Source: a virus (taxonomy: Duplodnaviria > Caudoviricetes). Taken from it: DNA of 64,000 nucleotides. Position 1 is the first letter of the stretch, and each line of letters opens with the position of its first letter. Under the pieces are notes generated by a model that did not search any database, was not told the DNA's origin, and was given only the letters and a program-made list of their open reading frames with translations. Location of the stretch: the IMG/VR virus record IMGVR_UViG_2974791771_000001, positions 12,822-76,821 of that record. One strand, written 5' to 3'. A program made the translations under genes and the position numbers. Below are positions 47,949 to 58,307 of this stretch, in pieces.

Positions 47949-48191
47949 CGATGGGGTGGTATTCCCAGTTTGCACAACCAGTCGACGGTCCGTGCTTGAA
48001 AAATGACCAGGGCGGCATTGCAGTGCCAAGTAACCATGACGGACTAAGCCCGATGAAGGCCGTCTAACCCCTCGCTGGTCAAGCCCTGCAAGGTACGGGC
48101 CGGGGACAATTTGGAGCCGTGGTCAAGCGGGACGCGGACTGTCACGAGAAGTGACCCTCACGGCAATGGGGAGGCCATCTCATTGTCCTTC

Positions 48192-48274
48192 CCCCACTTG
48201 GCGAAATGGGAAACGCGCGGCACTCAAAATGCCGTACCCGAAAGGGTTTGTGAGTTCGACTCTCACAGTGGGGA
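48192..48274 (+). tRNA. tRNA-Leu(CAA)
   Basis: Cloverleaf with long variable arm; CGGCA-CTCAAAA-TGCCG. Confidence 0.92.
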
Positions 48275-48651
48275 CATGACACGCATGATGCGCAAGAACT
48301 TCAAACTCATAGGCCGCTGCCACCCCTGGTGCGGAACTATGGACTACCTCGTTGGTCGCGCGAAAGAGAAACGGGACTGGCAGAAAGAAGCCAATGGCGC
48401 TCAATCCACCGCAACTCGCGGACCCAAACGCAATCGATGACCTCCCGCACTTAGAAGCACTGCGCCGCCTGTCGGCAATCTCCGCATACACATTCGCCAA
48501 CGCCACACAGGCCGACTCGGATGTGAACTCAATGGCAACGAAGGGCTGTTGGGCACCACCAATCGAGCACGGTACCTACAAGCCGGGTCACACACCTTCG
48601 GGTGCGTATGCCCGCCTGATCGGTCTGCTCACCAAGGGAAAGAAGTGACAC

Positions 48652-48840
48652 ATGGCATTTGGTCGTAAGAAGAAGCGCGCTGAGGACACCTACCGCCCGA
48701 ACACTTACAGCGGCAGTAGCTACAACGCCCCGTACGGCGGCTACAGCAACAGCGGCTACGACGGTGGTTCGTACACGTCGTCGTGTGACAACTCTTCGTC
48801 CTCGTCGTCCTCGTGCGACAGTGGCGGCGGCGGGTTCTGA
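48652..48840 (+). CDS. Small Ser/Gly/Tyr-rich protein
   Basis: Low-complexity ORF. Confidence 0.5.
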   Translation: MAFGRKKKRAEDTYRPNTYSGSSYNAPYGGYSNSGYDGGSYTSSCDNSSSSSSSCDSGGGGF

Positions 48841-49130
48841 TGGGAACCGCGCTAGTGATCGCGGGCATCTTCGGGGGCGCGCTCTTGATTGGAGCTGCGG
48901 TTGCCCTCGTCGCGAAAGCTGTGCTCGACTCGCCCCTGTCGCAGGGAAGCTCAACCTACAAGGGCGGGTTTGACCTCAGTCACCCCACGGGGGTTGCACT
49001 ACTGGTGGCGGCAACCTGATGGGGATCCTTGAAATCATCGGCGCGGCAGCGGTAGTTACAGCTATCGGCTACGTCGCGTACGTGGTTGGGCTGGCTGTCG
49101 CATTCCATCGCGGCTGGCTGTAGGCCACAT

Positions 49131-49201
49131 TCCCTGATCGTCTAACGGCAGGACGCCACGCTCTGGACGTGGAGATCGAGGTTCGAATCCTTGTCGGGGA
49201 G
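49131..49201 (+). tRNA. tRNA-Gln(CTG)
   Basis: Full cloverleaf; CCACG-CTCTGGA-CGTGG. Confidence 0.92.
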
Positions 49202-49257
49202 CTTGCCCTTGGGATGGGGTGCGGTCGACCGTAACCGCTACACAAATACGGTCACTA

Positions 49258-49340
49258 CTGGGTGCCGCCTACCCTGGTTTGGCAGCGGCCTGTAAAGCCG
49301 TCGCGGAAACGCATTGGGAGTTCAAATCTCTCCACCCAGA
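49258..49340 (+). tRNA. tRNA-Tyr(GTA)
   Basis: Cloverleaf with variable arm; GCGGC-CTGTAAA-GCCGT. Confidence 0.88.
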
Positions 49341-49515
49341 CTCAACAGACTAAACGCCAGCAGACATTCACGTGCCTGCTGGCGTCTTTTGTTGTCTAAG
49401 AAAGGTAATCGCTTGGCACTCACTGATGGTCGCTGTGACCGATCAGACCTTCTTCCCGAAGCCTGTTGGTGCCGGGATCACCGCAACCTTGAACATGTGG
49501 AGGTTCACGAACTCG

Positions 49516-49737
49516 ATGGCTAGCTACTACCAGATCGCGGAGAACGACAAGGATTTCGAGGATGCGGAATGGACTCGCATTCGAATGCTCAATGAGGTTC
49601 TCAAGACTGTTGAGGGACTTGAACCTGACGGTATTGAGTTCAAATTCCAGACCGGATACTTCGTGAATGGCCGCTTCAAGGTGGCGGACGATCCGAATTC
49701 CGCGTACGTGCTCGTGGAGGCCATCCCCGTTGACTGA
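49516..49737 (+). CDS. Hypothetical protein
   Basis: ORF coupled to thyX. Confidence 0.55.
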   Translation: MASYYQIAENDKDFEDAEWTRIRMLNEVLKTVEGLEPDGIEFKFQTGYFVNGRFKVADDPNSAYVLVEAIPVD

Positions 49738-50434
49738 CATCCAGTTCCGATCCGACATGGGCGTCCAACTCGTCGGACACATGGGCGACGACAGTGCAGT
49801 AGCCGCCGCTGCACGCGTCTCAACCGTTGGCGCACAGTCACTCACGGACACCAGTGATTCCGCCGGCCTCATCAATTTCCTTATGAAGAACCGGCACGGC
49901 AGCCCCTTCGAGCATGTGCAGATGACGTTCCTGATCGAGTGTCCGATCTTCGTGGCACGCGAGTTCATGCGGCATCGGATCGCCTCGTACAACGAGGAAT
50001 CGGGCAGGTACAAGCAGCTCGCCCCGGTGTTCTACTACCCCAACGGGAACCGTCCGCTCGTCCAGGTCGGCAAGGCTGGGGCCTACACCTTTGAGCAGGG
50101 GTCCGATCAGCAGGTGGTGCTCACCAGGGGAACCCTCTACAACGCAGCAACACAGGCGTACCGGGACTACCAGTACCTCCTGGATCAGGGTATCGCCCGC
50201 GAGGTTGCCCGGATGCTTCTGCCGCTCAACATCTACACCAGCTTCTACGTCACCATGAACACGCGCGGACTGATGAACTTTCTGTCCCTCCGCACCAAAC
50301 GCGAAGGCTCACACTTCCCCTCGTTCCCGCAACAGGAAATCGAGATGGTTGCTGAGCAGATGGAAGAGTACTTCGCTGGGATTCTTCCGTTGACGTACAA
50401 GGCTTTCAACACGAACGGGAGGGTCGCTCCGTGA
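49730..50434 (+). CDS. thyX: Flavin-dependent thymidylate synthase
   Basis: HGSPFEH, REFMRHRIASYNEESGRY, AREVARMLLP. Confidence 0.96.
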   Translation: MTDIQFRSDMGVQLVGHMGDDSAVAAAARVSTVGAQSLTDTSDSAGLINFLMKNRHGSPFEHVQMTFLIECPIFVAREFMRHRIASYNEESGRYKQLAPVFYYPNGNRPLVQVGKAGAYTFEQGSDQQVVLTRGTLYNAATQAYRDYQYLLDQGIAREVARMLLPLNIYTSFYVTMNTRGLMNFLSLRTKREGSHFPSFPQQEIEMVAEQMEEYFAGILPLTYKAFNTNGRVAP

Positions 50435-50560
50435 CATCGATTCAGGCTTTGCATGAGCAGCAGGTCGAAGAGGCCCGCAGGGAAGCGTACGACGAAGGTT
50501 ACGACACCGGCTACGCGTTGGGGTACGACGCAGGCTTTGAGGATGGAAGCGAGGCCCCGC

Positions 50561-50875
50561 TTGCCTGACACTGATCGGCTGCAAAACTGGCTGGGGCAAT
50601 ACTTCTCAGTCGGCAACCGGGTCTGCCGGGGTGCACGAGACGGCAACACGTCCAGCTTCAAGGTTGGCATCGTCGAGGGTGTCAACGCCGAGAAGCGCAA
50701 TGTCCGCGTGCATTGGGTTGCTACACCGGCAGGCTGGCGCGACGAGCACACCTACCGGATCATCAACTCGCACAGCACCTGCAATGTGGACACCCTGTTC
50801 CGCCTTGCGGACACGCATCTGAGTGAGGTTGTGGACTACGCGCTCACCGACGTGGCAATGGGGGTCCGTCCTTGA
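50561..50875 (+). CDS. Hypothetical protein (SH3-like pattern)
   Basis: TTG start; VGNRV..GAR...GIV pattern. Confidence 0.55.
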   Translation: MPDTDRLQNWLGQYFSVGNRVCRGARDGNTSSFKVGIVEGVNAEKRNVRVHWVATPAGWRDEHTYRIINSHSTCNVDTLFRLADTHLSEVVDYALTDVAMGVRP

Positions 50876-51192
50876 CGTTCCTAACGGCACACAGCGAACA
50901 GTTGGTGTCTAGCGCTTGCCGTGACGGCTTCGCCGAAGGCTACGACATGGGTCGCATTGAGGGCTACGGCGAGGGTTGGCGTAAAGGATTCGACGCCGGC
51001 CACGAGGCGCAGGGCGAGGGCACCTACACCGAAAACCAGATTCAGCAGGCCGTGTACGACGTGCTCGACAGCAACCAGTTTTCCCTATGGCTGCCCAAGC
51101 CCTCCAAATCCTCTACCCCGCACGGGAATATCCACCCCGAAGACATCGGCCACATCGGGCGCTGGGTCATCGAGAAACTGAGAGGACAGTAG
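50872..51192 (+). CDS. Hypothetical protein with GxxxG repeats
   Basis: GFAEGYDMGRIEGYGEGWRKG. Confidence 0.55.
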   Translation: MTFLTAHSEQLVSSACRDGFAEGYDMGRIEGYGEGWRKGFDAGHEAQGEGTYTENQIQQAVYDVLDSNQFSLWLPKPSKSSTPHGNIHPEDIGHIGRWVIEKLRGQ

Positions 51193-52143
<951 letters not shown>

Positions 52144-52157
52144 TTGGAAGGCAACAC

Positions 52158-52400
52158 ATGATTGATGACAAGCCGACACTGCTCAGCCAGCCCGGTTGTG
52201 GGTCGTGCATTTTCGTGAAGAAGGCATTCGACAAGGACGGGGTTCTGTTGGATGTGGTGAACATCCGCGAGGACGATCTGTGGTGGGAGTGGATGGCCGA
52301 CAAAGAGCTGAAGTCCACGCCCGTGCTCGTGTTCTCGGATAGCACCTACACGCAGAACGTGCAGGAGATGTACGACTACGCGAAAGCTCAAGCCGAGTGA
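52158..52400 (+). CDS. nrdH: NrdH-like glutaredoxin
   Basis: CGSC active site; STPV. Confidence 0.85.
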   Translation: MIDDKPTLLSQPGCGSCIFVKKAFDKDGVLLDVVNIREDDLWWEWMADKELKSTPVLVFSDSTYTQNVQEMYDYAKAQAE

Positions 52401-52580
52401 AGTGCATTGTCGCACAGAAGCTCGACAGTGAGGACTTGGAAGCCCTACCGGCACTGGCGGGCACGTTCAAGCGTGTGTACCTGTACGGCGAAATTAGACG
52501 GCTCTACGGGCCTTTGTTCGGGTTGACCGCGTTGAAGGATCACCTGAACAAACGCTGCGTGTGCACGAAAGCGAGGACCG

Positions 52581-53708
52581 ATGGGTGAACTAGCAAAGCT
52601 GCTCACACAACCAACAGCCGTAGAACCAGAGAACCGGGAAACCACGTTCGATGGTGACGGCAACTACACCCAAGCGTGTGTCATGGAGCGGCAGCCCCAA
52701 ACACCGCACGAACTATTGGAGCACTTCGGCCATGACCCGAAAGCATTTGCCGTTGAGGGCAGTATCACTGTTGGTCATCGCGAGCTTGTTGACGGTCGCG
52801 TCCTTTCCCGTTACGCCTACAAGCTCCGACCCGCCCCCGAACAGGTTGACCTTGACGACCTCCTAACACAGGTCGAGAAGGCGGAACCGGCAGAAACCCT
52901 GCACGCGAGCGGGTCTGGTGCCTGGTTTGTGTTCCAGGCCGGCGACCTGCAACTCGGTAAGCGTGCGCGCGATGGAGGCACCGAAGAGATCATTCGGGCG
53001 TTCAAATTGTCGGTGGACAACGCGGTCGAAGAGCTGCTGTTCGCGCAGGACTATACCCACATTGATGGTGTGCAGCTCGCTTTCGTGGGTGACTGCATGG
53101 AAGGTGTTGTGTCTCAGGGTGGCAAGAACCTGTGGCTCACTTCCGAGACGATCACCGAGCAGACCCGCATCTTCCGACGCCTCCTGTTGTGGACTGTCGA
53201 TCAGTTCCGGCACCACGTACCGAAGGTGTACCTGGATGTCGTGAACGGCAATCACGATGAGGCGCAGCGCATGATGAACACGAAGCCTGGCGATGGCTGG
53301 GCTACCGAGTGTGCGATTGCGGTTGATGACGCCATGTCGTTGAACCTGGACGCCTACAGCACCGTGGAAGTCCGTGTGCCGAATGAGTGGTCCGGCAACA
53401 TGACCGTCCCCGTGGGAGATTCACTCGTCACGCTGGCTCACGGACATCAGTGGCGGCGCGGCAAGGGCATGACGTGGTGGGCCGAGCAGTCGTTGAACAA
53501 ACAGCCTGCCGCCCATTCGAGTGTCCTTCAGCACGGGCACGTGCACACGTATGAGATTGAGACGACACGTGATCGGACTCGCATCTCGTCTCCGACGTTT
53601 GATCCCGGTTCGGATTGGTTCCGGGAGGCTCATGGTGGTGACGCGAAGGTTGGCGGTCTGACGTATCTGTTGTTGGGCGGCGAGATTTCGAGAGTGAGTT
53701 TGGTGTGA
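52581..53708 (+). CDS. Calcineurin-like metallophosphoesterase
   Basis: GDLQLG, GDCME, GNHDE, HGH, HGHVH. Confidence 0.85.
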   Translation: MGELAKLLTQPTAVEPENRETTFDGDGNYTQACVMERQPQTPHELLEHFGHDPKAFAVEGSITVGHRELVDGRVLSRYAYKLRPAPEQVDLDDLLTQVEKAEPAETLHASGSGAWFVFQAGDLQLGKRARDGGTEEIIRAFKLSVDNAVEELLFAQDYTHIDGVQLAFVGDCMEGVVSQGGKNLWLTSETITEQTRIFRRLLLWTVDQFRHHVPKVYLDVVNGNHDEAQRMMNTKPGDGWATECAIAVDDAMSLNLDAYSTVEVRVPNEWSGNMTVPVGDSLVTLAHGHQWRRGKGMTWWAEQSLNKQPAAHSSVLQHGHVHTYEIETTRDRTRISSPTFDPGSDWFREAHGGDAKVGGLTYLLLGGEISRVSLV

Positions 53709-53953
53709 GTGCTAGGTACGGGAGTTTCGGTGAGCTTGCCGCGAAGGTCGACTATGAGGGTGGCCTCATGGAAGCCATGCTCGGCTACGGCCTGGGGTCC
53801 GCAGACGTCAATCAGGCCGATGACCCGGAGCTGTGGGAGAAGTTCGCCCGGTTGGAGATGGCCCTCACTGGGCTTGCGCCGCTGATCGATGAGGTATCCC
53901 AGGGGCTTCATTTGCACCTGGAAGAGTACGAACGCGAGTTTGAAGATGACTGA
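53705..53953 (+). CDS. Hypothetical protein
   Basis: Operon coupling. Confidence 0.6.
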   Translation: MSARYGSFGELAAKVDYEGGLMEAMLGYGLGSADVNQADDPELWEKFARLEMALTGLAPLIDEVSQGLHLHLEEYEREFEDD

Positions 53954-54117
53954 CACCCGTGAACATCTCGTGCAGAAGATCCGCGACGGCTGGGGAGGCG
54001 GAACCTACTACCTCCCCGCCCGTGGCGGGCTCATCCAAGTCCCCGAAGTTCGCGACGGTGGCACCACTGCCGCCCTAATCGATTACGCGGTAGATGTGTG
54101 CCTTCAGGAGTTGACGC

Positions 54118-54843
54118 ATGGTTGACACGATCGTCTGTGCTCGCGGCATCGGTGAACCCATCGAGTCTCCGATCCTCATGGCTGTTGTCCGCGAGGTCCA
54201 ACGACTGCGGGGCAAGCCAGTCAGGGTGATCCACCTGCCGTGGAGTGCATCGTACGGCCCTGTGCCGCAACCGTTCGGCGAGTCTTTCAGCCAGTCCCTC
54301 AGGCGCGGCTTTGAGATGCTGGACAACGCGCTCCTAGCGCCCGCTGTCGGTCTCGGCTTCTCGGGCGGTGCCAAGCTCATGGGAGATGCGGCAGCCCAGG
54401 GTCACCGCAACCTGAAAGCCGTGGGCCTGATTGCGGATCCGGCTATGCCGATGGGTGTTGTCCGGCAACGCACACGCGCATGGGGTATCACCGGCCAACG
54501 GAAGATTGAACGCACGCCCGTGTTGTGGAAGGCCGACCCGAAAGATGGCATCTGCCTCTGCCCCCCTAACAGCCCTCTTCGCACCCTTGCGGATCAGTCT
54601 GAAGCTTTCAGCCTGGGCGATCCGGCAGCTTGGGGAGAGAGCATGTTCACCAAGCTCCGACGCGGACAGTTCCAGCAAGTCGATCCCCTGCGACAGTTCA
54701 CGATGGGTGAATGGCTGGAAGCCATCAAGCTCTTCCGTGGATACAAGGGCGGCGACCACACCAGCTACGCCACACGCAAGGAACACAACGGGAAAACCTA
54801 CACCCAGAACCTTGCCGCTTGGCTCAACCAGCAGATGGGGTGA
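54118..54843 (+). CDS. Cutinase / lysin B-like alpha-beta hydrolase
   Basis: RGIGE, SYGP, GFSGGA (GxSxG), LIADP, DGIC, HTSY. Confidence 0.75.
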   Translation: MVDTIVCARGIGEPIESPILMAVVREVQRLRGKPVRVIHLPWSASYGPVPQPFGESFSQSLRRGFEMLDNALLAPAVGLGFSGGAKLMGDAAAQGHRNLKAVGLIADPAMPMGVVRQRTRAWGITGQRKIERTPVLWKADPKDGICLCPPNSPLRTLADQSEAFSLGDPAAWGESMFTKLRRGQFQQVDPLRQFTMGEWLEAIKLFRGYKGGDHTSYATRKEHNGKTYTQNLAAWLNQQMG

Positions 54844-54844
54844 G

Positions 54845-55171
54845 ATGAAGACTCCCAAAGAGAAGATTGAAGCCGCCAGAAAGAAACTGGACGACGCAAT
54901 CGCAGAACTGGTGCAAACCATTGCCCGCGAGGGTGAGGGCAGCGTGCAGAATGCGATCCCGGTCGGCTGGGTGCTGTCGGTCGATCACAAGTTCTACGAC
55001 GGCGACTTGGGGTTCATGGGTGGCCTGGTGTCGTCTTATCACAAGCCTGAGCAGGCCCACTATCACGGGAAGATGATCCTTGAGCGCGCGTATGAGGCTG
55101 CGCTGGAACGGGATGCGCCTTCTTACGAGTGTGATCGTGAGCATGTGGATGAGGTGGATGAGGATGGGTAG
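54845..55171 (+). CDS. Hypothetical protein
   Basis: Operon coupling. Confidence 0.6.
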   Translation: MKTPKEKIEAARKKLDDAIAELVQTIAREGEGSVQNAIPVGWVLSVDHKFYDGDLGFMGGLVSSYHKPEQAHYHGKMILERAYEAALERDAPSYECDREHVDEVDEDG

Positions 55172-55610
55172 ACACAGTAAGCCCCTCCCGACGGATCGGC
55201 CCGATACGGCACTCATTCAGATCATCGGCGATCGGCAATCGGGTAAGACTGAGATGGTGGTTCGCTACTTGGCGGCAGAGTTGCTTGAGGGCCGGTTTGC
55301 GCTGTACTTCGGTCGCACGTTGGCTCAGAGTGGCACGGTGTTTCATCGCCTGGCTAGCGTGCTGTGGGAGCAGACAGGCGGCCACGACCTCATGCACAAG
55401 CTTTCTCCCCCCGCTGAGATATACAGCAAGTCCGGCTACGGGCGTGTTGTGTTCAGGTCAATCAACACTTCGGGGCGAGGCTATTCGGCTGACACCGTGG
55501 TTTTGGATGACTACGACCCGCTTAAAGATCGTGGTCTCATTACCGAGCTATCTCCGATCATTAATGCCTCCCCGAATCTCCCGAAGATGGTGGTCGCCTC
55601 ATGCGGCTGA
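55164..55610 (+). CDS. Stand-alone P-loop protein resembling the terminase large-subunit ATPase N-terminal region
   Basis: RQSGKT Walker A; GRGYSADTVVLDD Walker B. Confidence 0.65.
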   Translation: MGRHSKPLPTDRPDTALIQIIGDRQSGKTEMVVRYLAAELLEGRFALYFGRTLAQSGTVFHRLASVLWEQTGGHDLMHKLSPPAEIYSKSGYGRVVFRSINTSGRGYSADTVVLDDYDPLKDRGLITELSPIINASPNLPKMVVASCG

Positions 55611-56215
55611 TAGTGGGCACTTATCGCAAACGCGACTACATCGAACGAGCACTCGCATCAGTCGATAAGCATTTGGCCGGCGTCAGCGACATCGTGTTCG
55701 TGGACGATTCCGGAGACACTGAACACTCGGCCTGGCTGCGCCAATACGGTCACGTTGTGGAAGTTGGGGGCCAGGGTTACGGCAAGGCCATGACAGCCGT
55801 TTGTGAGGCCGCTCAGGGCCAGGAATGCATGTTCCTGGAAGAGGACTTCACATTCATTGAAGACGTGAGCCTGCCACAACTGTCCGAGATCCTGTACTAC
55901 CGGCCCTATCTCGCACAGATTGCGCTACTACGCGGCCCCCACTTCCCCATCGAGCACGAGCACGGCGGGCTGATCGAAGCGCTGGAACACAAGGGTCACA
56001 AGTTCACAGAAGTCAATGGGGTACTTGAGCAGACGGCCACGTTCACCTGTAATCCGTCGGTGTGGCGGGGTTCGGTGTTTGCGTCGGGTTGGCCTTCGTG
56101 CAAGTGGAGTGAGGATCGGAAGCGCGATGAGTTGTTGAGGCAGGGTTACAGGTTCGGGTATCTACCGGGCATCAAGGTTGAGCACGACGGAGTTCGAACC
56201 GGGCATGGCTACTGA
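55601..56215 (+). CDS. Glycosyltransferase (GT-A fold, family 2-like)
   Basis: FVDDSG, FLEEDF, TCNPSVW. Confidence 0.8.
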   Translation: MRLIVGTYRKRDYIERALASVDKHLAGVSDIVFVDDSGDTEHSAWLRQYGHVVEVGGQGYGKAMTAVCEAAQGQECMFLEEDFTFIEDVSLPQLSEILYYRPYLAQIALLRGPHFPIEHEHGGLIEALEHKGHKFTEVNGVLEQTATFTCNPSVWRGSVFASGWPSCKWSEDRKRDELLRQGYRFGYLPGIKVEHDGVRTGHGY

Positions 56216-56329
56216 CTGTGGCTACAGGTGCGTCGACGGTGAAGATGTCGGCGCACCTGAATGGTCATGGAGCTACCTAGCTGCAACCGATCCAGATTGC
56301 CCCATTCATCATGAAACATCAGGAGACAA

Positions 56330-57109
56330 GTGAGTATCTTTACCCGTTCCAAGCCGGTCACCACCGCAGAGCTGGCGACACAGACAGCGCCGGTTCGCAG
56401 CGTCCAGCTCGTCAAAGGCATTGGTGCCGCAAACGATCGCGTGGACATCACAAAACGTGGTGCCTCACCCGATTTGGTCAAGCGATTCGACAAGTCGGGG
56501 ATCTCGCTGTCGAAGCGTGGACTTGACGGCATCCGCGCCGAAGCCGTAATGCTGCTCGACCATTCCCTGTCGATGGAATACGACTACGAGAACGGTTCAG
56601 TGCAGGCCATCGTGGAACGGGCTCTCGGGTTCGCGTTGCAGATCGATGTCGACGGCACTATCCCCGTCATCAAGTTCGACAACCGTGCCCACAAGCCGGT
56701 CGATGTCAACCTGACCAACTACCAGGCCGTGGTGCGCAACAGCCTGTACAGCCGCAGAAACATGGGGTCCACCAACCTCACTGCGGCACTGGCTGAGCTG
56801 AAGGCCATCAGCCGCCAGTCGGATTCGCCGATCTTCGCCATTGTGGTGACCGATGGTGAACCGAATGACACTGTGTCGTCGGAGGCTTTGGTGCGCGAGC
56901 TTGAGGGCTATCCGGTGTTCCTCAAGTTCCTGTCGGTGCGCCCGGTTGAGTTCCTGGACAAGCTTGACGATATGTCCCGCGCTCTGATCGATAACGCTGA
57001 TGCGAAGTCGATCACGGGTACTGAGTCTGACCTTGAGTTCGCCGACAAAATGGTGGACGAGTGGGACACCTGGATTGCTGCGGCGCAGCGGGTTGGGGTG
57101 CTGCGTTGA
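56330..57109 (+). CDS. vWA domain protein (TerF-associated vWA-like)
   Basis: LDHSLSM, GSTN, VTDGEP, FLKF, LDDM, DNAD. Confidence 0.85.
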   Translation: MSIFTRSKPVTTAELATQTAPVRSVQLVKGIGAANDRVDITKRGASPDLVKRFDKSGISLSKRGLDGIRAEAVMLLDHSLSMEYDYENGSVQAIVERALGFALQIDVDGTIPVIKFDNRAHKPVDVNLTNYQAVVRNSLYSRRNMGSTNLTAALAELKAISRQSDSPIFAIVVTDGEPNDTVSSEALVRELEGYPVFLKFLSVRPVEFLDKLDDMSRALIDNADAKSITGTESDLEFADKMVDEWDTWIAAAQRVGVLR

Positions 57110-57266
57110 GTGACGCCGACCTGAAGGAATTTAAGGTGCGGGTGGTGGCGTCGGCTTACATCGACTACACGTTCCTTGCTGAAACCCAGCAGGAGGCTGA
57201 GCAGAAGGCGCTCGACAACGCCTACGACTGCCCGTTCCCCGACGAGTTCGGAGCATGGGAGGTCGT

Positions 57267-57482
57267 GTGGTGAGCGTTGAGGATGGCACCAAGTATCTGC
57301 TCGTGCGCTACCGAAACGGCAAGCCGAGTGTCCATATGGGTCGCGGCGGTCAAGCCCGCATCTACGAAACACTGAAGATGGCTCGCAGGTACGCGCCTGC
57401 GTTTGGGGCAAAGATTGTTGCGCTGGAACTAGACCAGCCCAACCTGCACATCCGCGAGGTTGAGGATGACGACGACCGCTGA
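57267..57482 (+). CDS. Hypothetical protein
   Basis: Small ORF between accessory genes. Confidence 0.5.
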   Translation: MVSVEDGTKYLLVRYRNGKPSVHMGRGGQARIYETLKMARRYAPAFGAKIVALELDQPNLHIREVEDDDDR

Positions 57483-58104
57483 CATTTGCATCCCCTGGCG
57501 AGCACAACCGGACAGGATCCCCGCACATGAACGTGTCATCAACTTTTGGAAACACCACGGCTTCAATCCAATCGAAGGTGACAGCGATGGCCGGCGCAAA
57601 GCTTTCTCAATCTGTGAAGCTCGCAACCGTGCTGTGCGACAGTCCAAAGCTGATGTTGTCGTACTGTCTGACGCCGATACCATCCCTGATATTGCCCGCG
57701 TACTTGAGGCAATTGAATCCGTGGGAAGCGATGAGGTGATCTACCCGTTCACCTACTACCGGCACATCCCCGGAGAGTACGTGAACGCTTCCGATCTTCA
57801 CGCCGCACCGATCGACAAAGAGTATCGGGGCTCAGTGGGCGGCACGATGGTGATCCGCCGAGACACCTACTGGGCATGGGGCGGCATGGACGAACGTTTC
57901 GAGCCTCGTTGGGGCTATGACGATTCGGCGTTCAAGGTGGTGGCTTCCACGTTGGGCAAGGTGACTCGAATGCCTGGCGTGATCTACAGCTTCAACCATT
58001 CCGCTGACCGGGATATGTCGATTGAGAATCCGAATCGTTGGCGGTTCGATTTATACAAGCTGTGCGCGAGTAGGCCACAGTTGATGAGGGAGTTGATTAA
58101 GTGA
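57466..58104 (+). CDS. Glycosyltransferase (GT2/GT7 galactosyltransferase-like)
   Basis: ARNRAV, SDAD, GGMDERF...WGYDD. Confidence 0.85.
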   Translation: MTTTADICIPWRAQPDRIPAHERVINFWKHHGFNPIEGDSDGRRKAFSICEARNRAVRQSKADVVVLSDADTIPDIARVLEAIESVGSDEVIYPFTYYRHIPGEYVNASDLHAAPIDKEYRGSVGGTMVIRRDTYWAWGGMDERFEPRWGYDDSAFKVVASTLGKVTRMPGVIYSFNHSADRDMSIENPNRWRFDLYKLCASRPQLMRELIK

Positions 58105-58307
58105 GTGACTTGTATGTGGCGTTGAACGCTGAAGGTGAGTCAAAGTTCGTGGCACACCCGGAGTGGAGTAACGGCAAGCCGCGCATCTATGCGTATGAGA
58201 CTCGCGGTCCTGCTCGTGCGATTGCGAACAAGGTGGGTGGTTCGGTTGTGCGTATCCGGCTGGGCCAGTTGAGTTCGGCTGGGGTGGTGGAAGCCGAGAT
58301 CGTATGA
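58101..58307 (+). CDS. Hypothetical protein
   Basis: Loosely similar to 57267..57482 (NGKP, YET, AR). Confidence 0.5.
   Translation: MSDLYVALNAEGESKFVAHPEWSNGKPRIYAYETRGPARAIANKVGGSVVRIRLGQLSSAGVVEAEIV

Noticed and set aside
48035-48070. CTAAGCCC segment resembling a twister ribozyme core
   Set aside because: The other conserved twister elements and pseudoknots could not be identified; kept only as an unassigned structured RNA.
47143-48506. ORFs overlapping the tRNA cluster
   Set aside because: The region is explained by tRNA and ncRNA structure, and the ORFs lack RBS and motifs.
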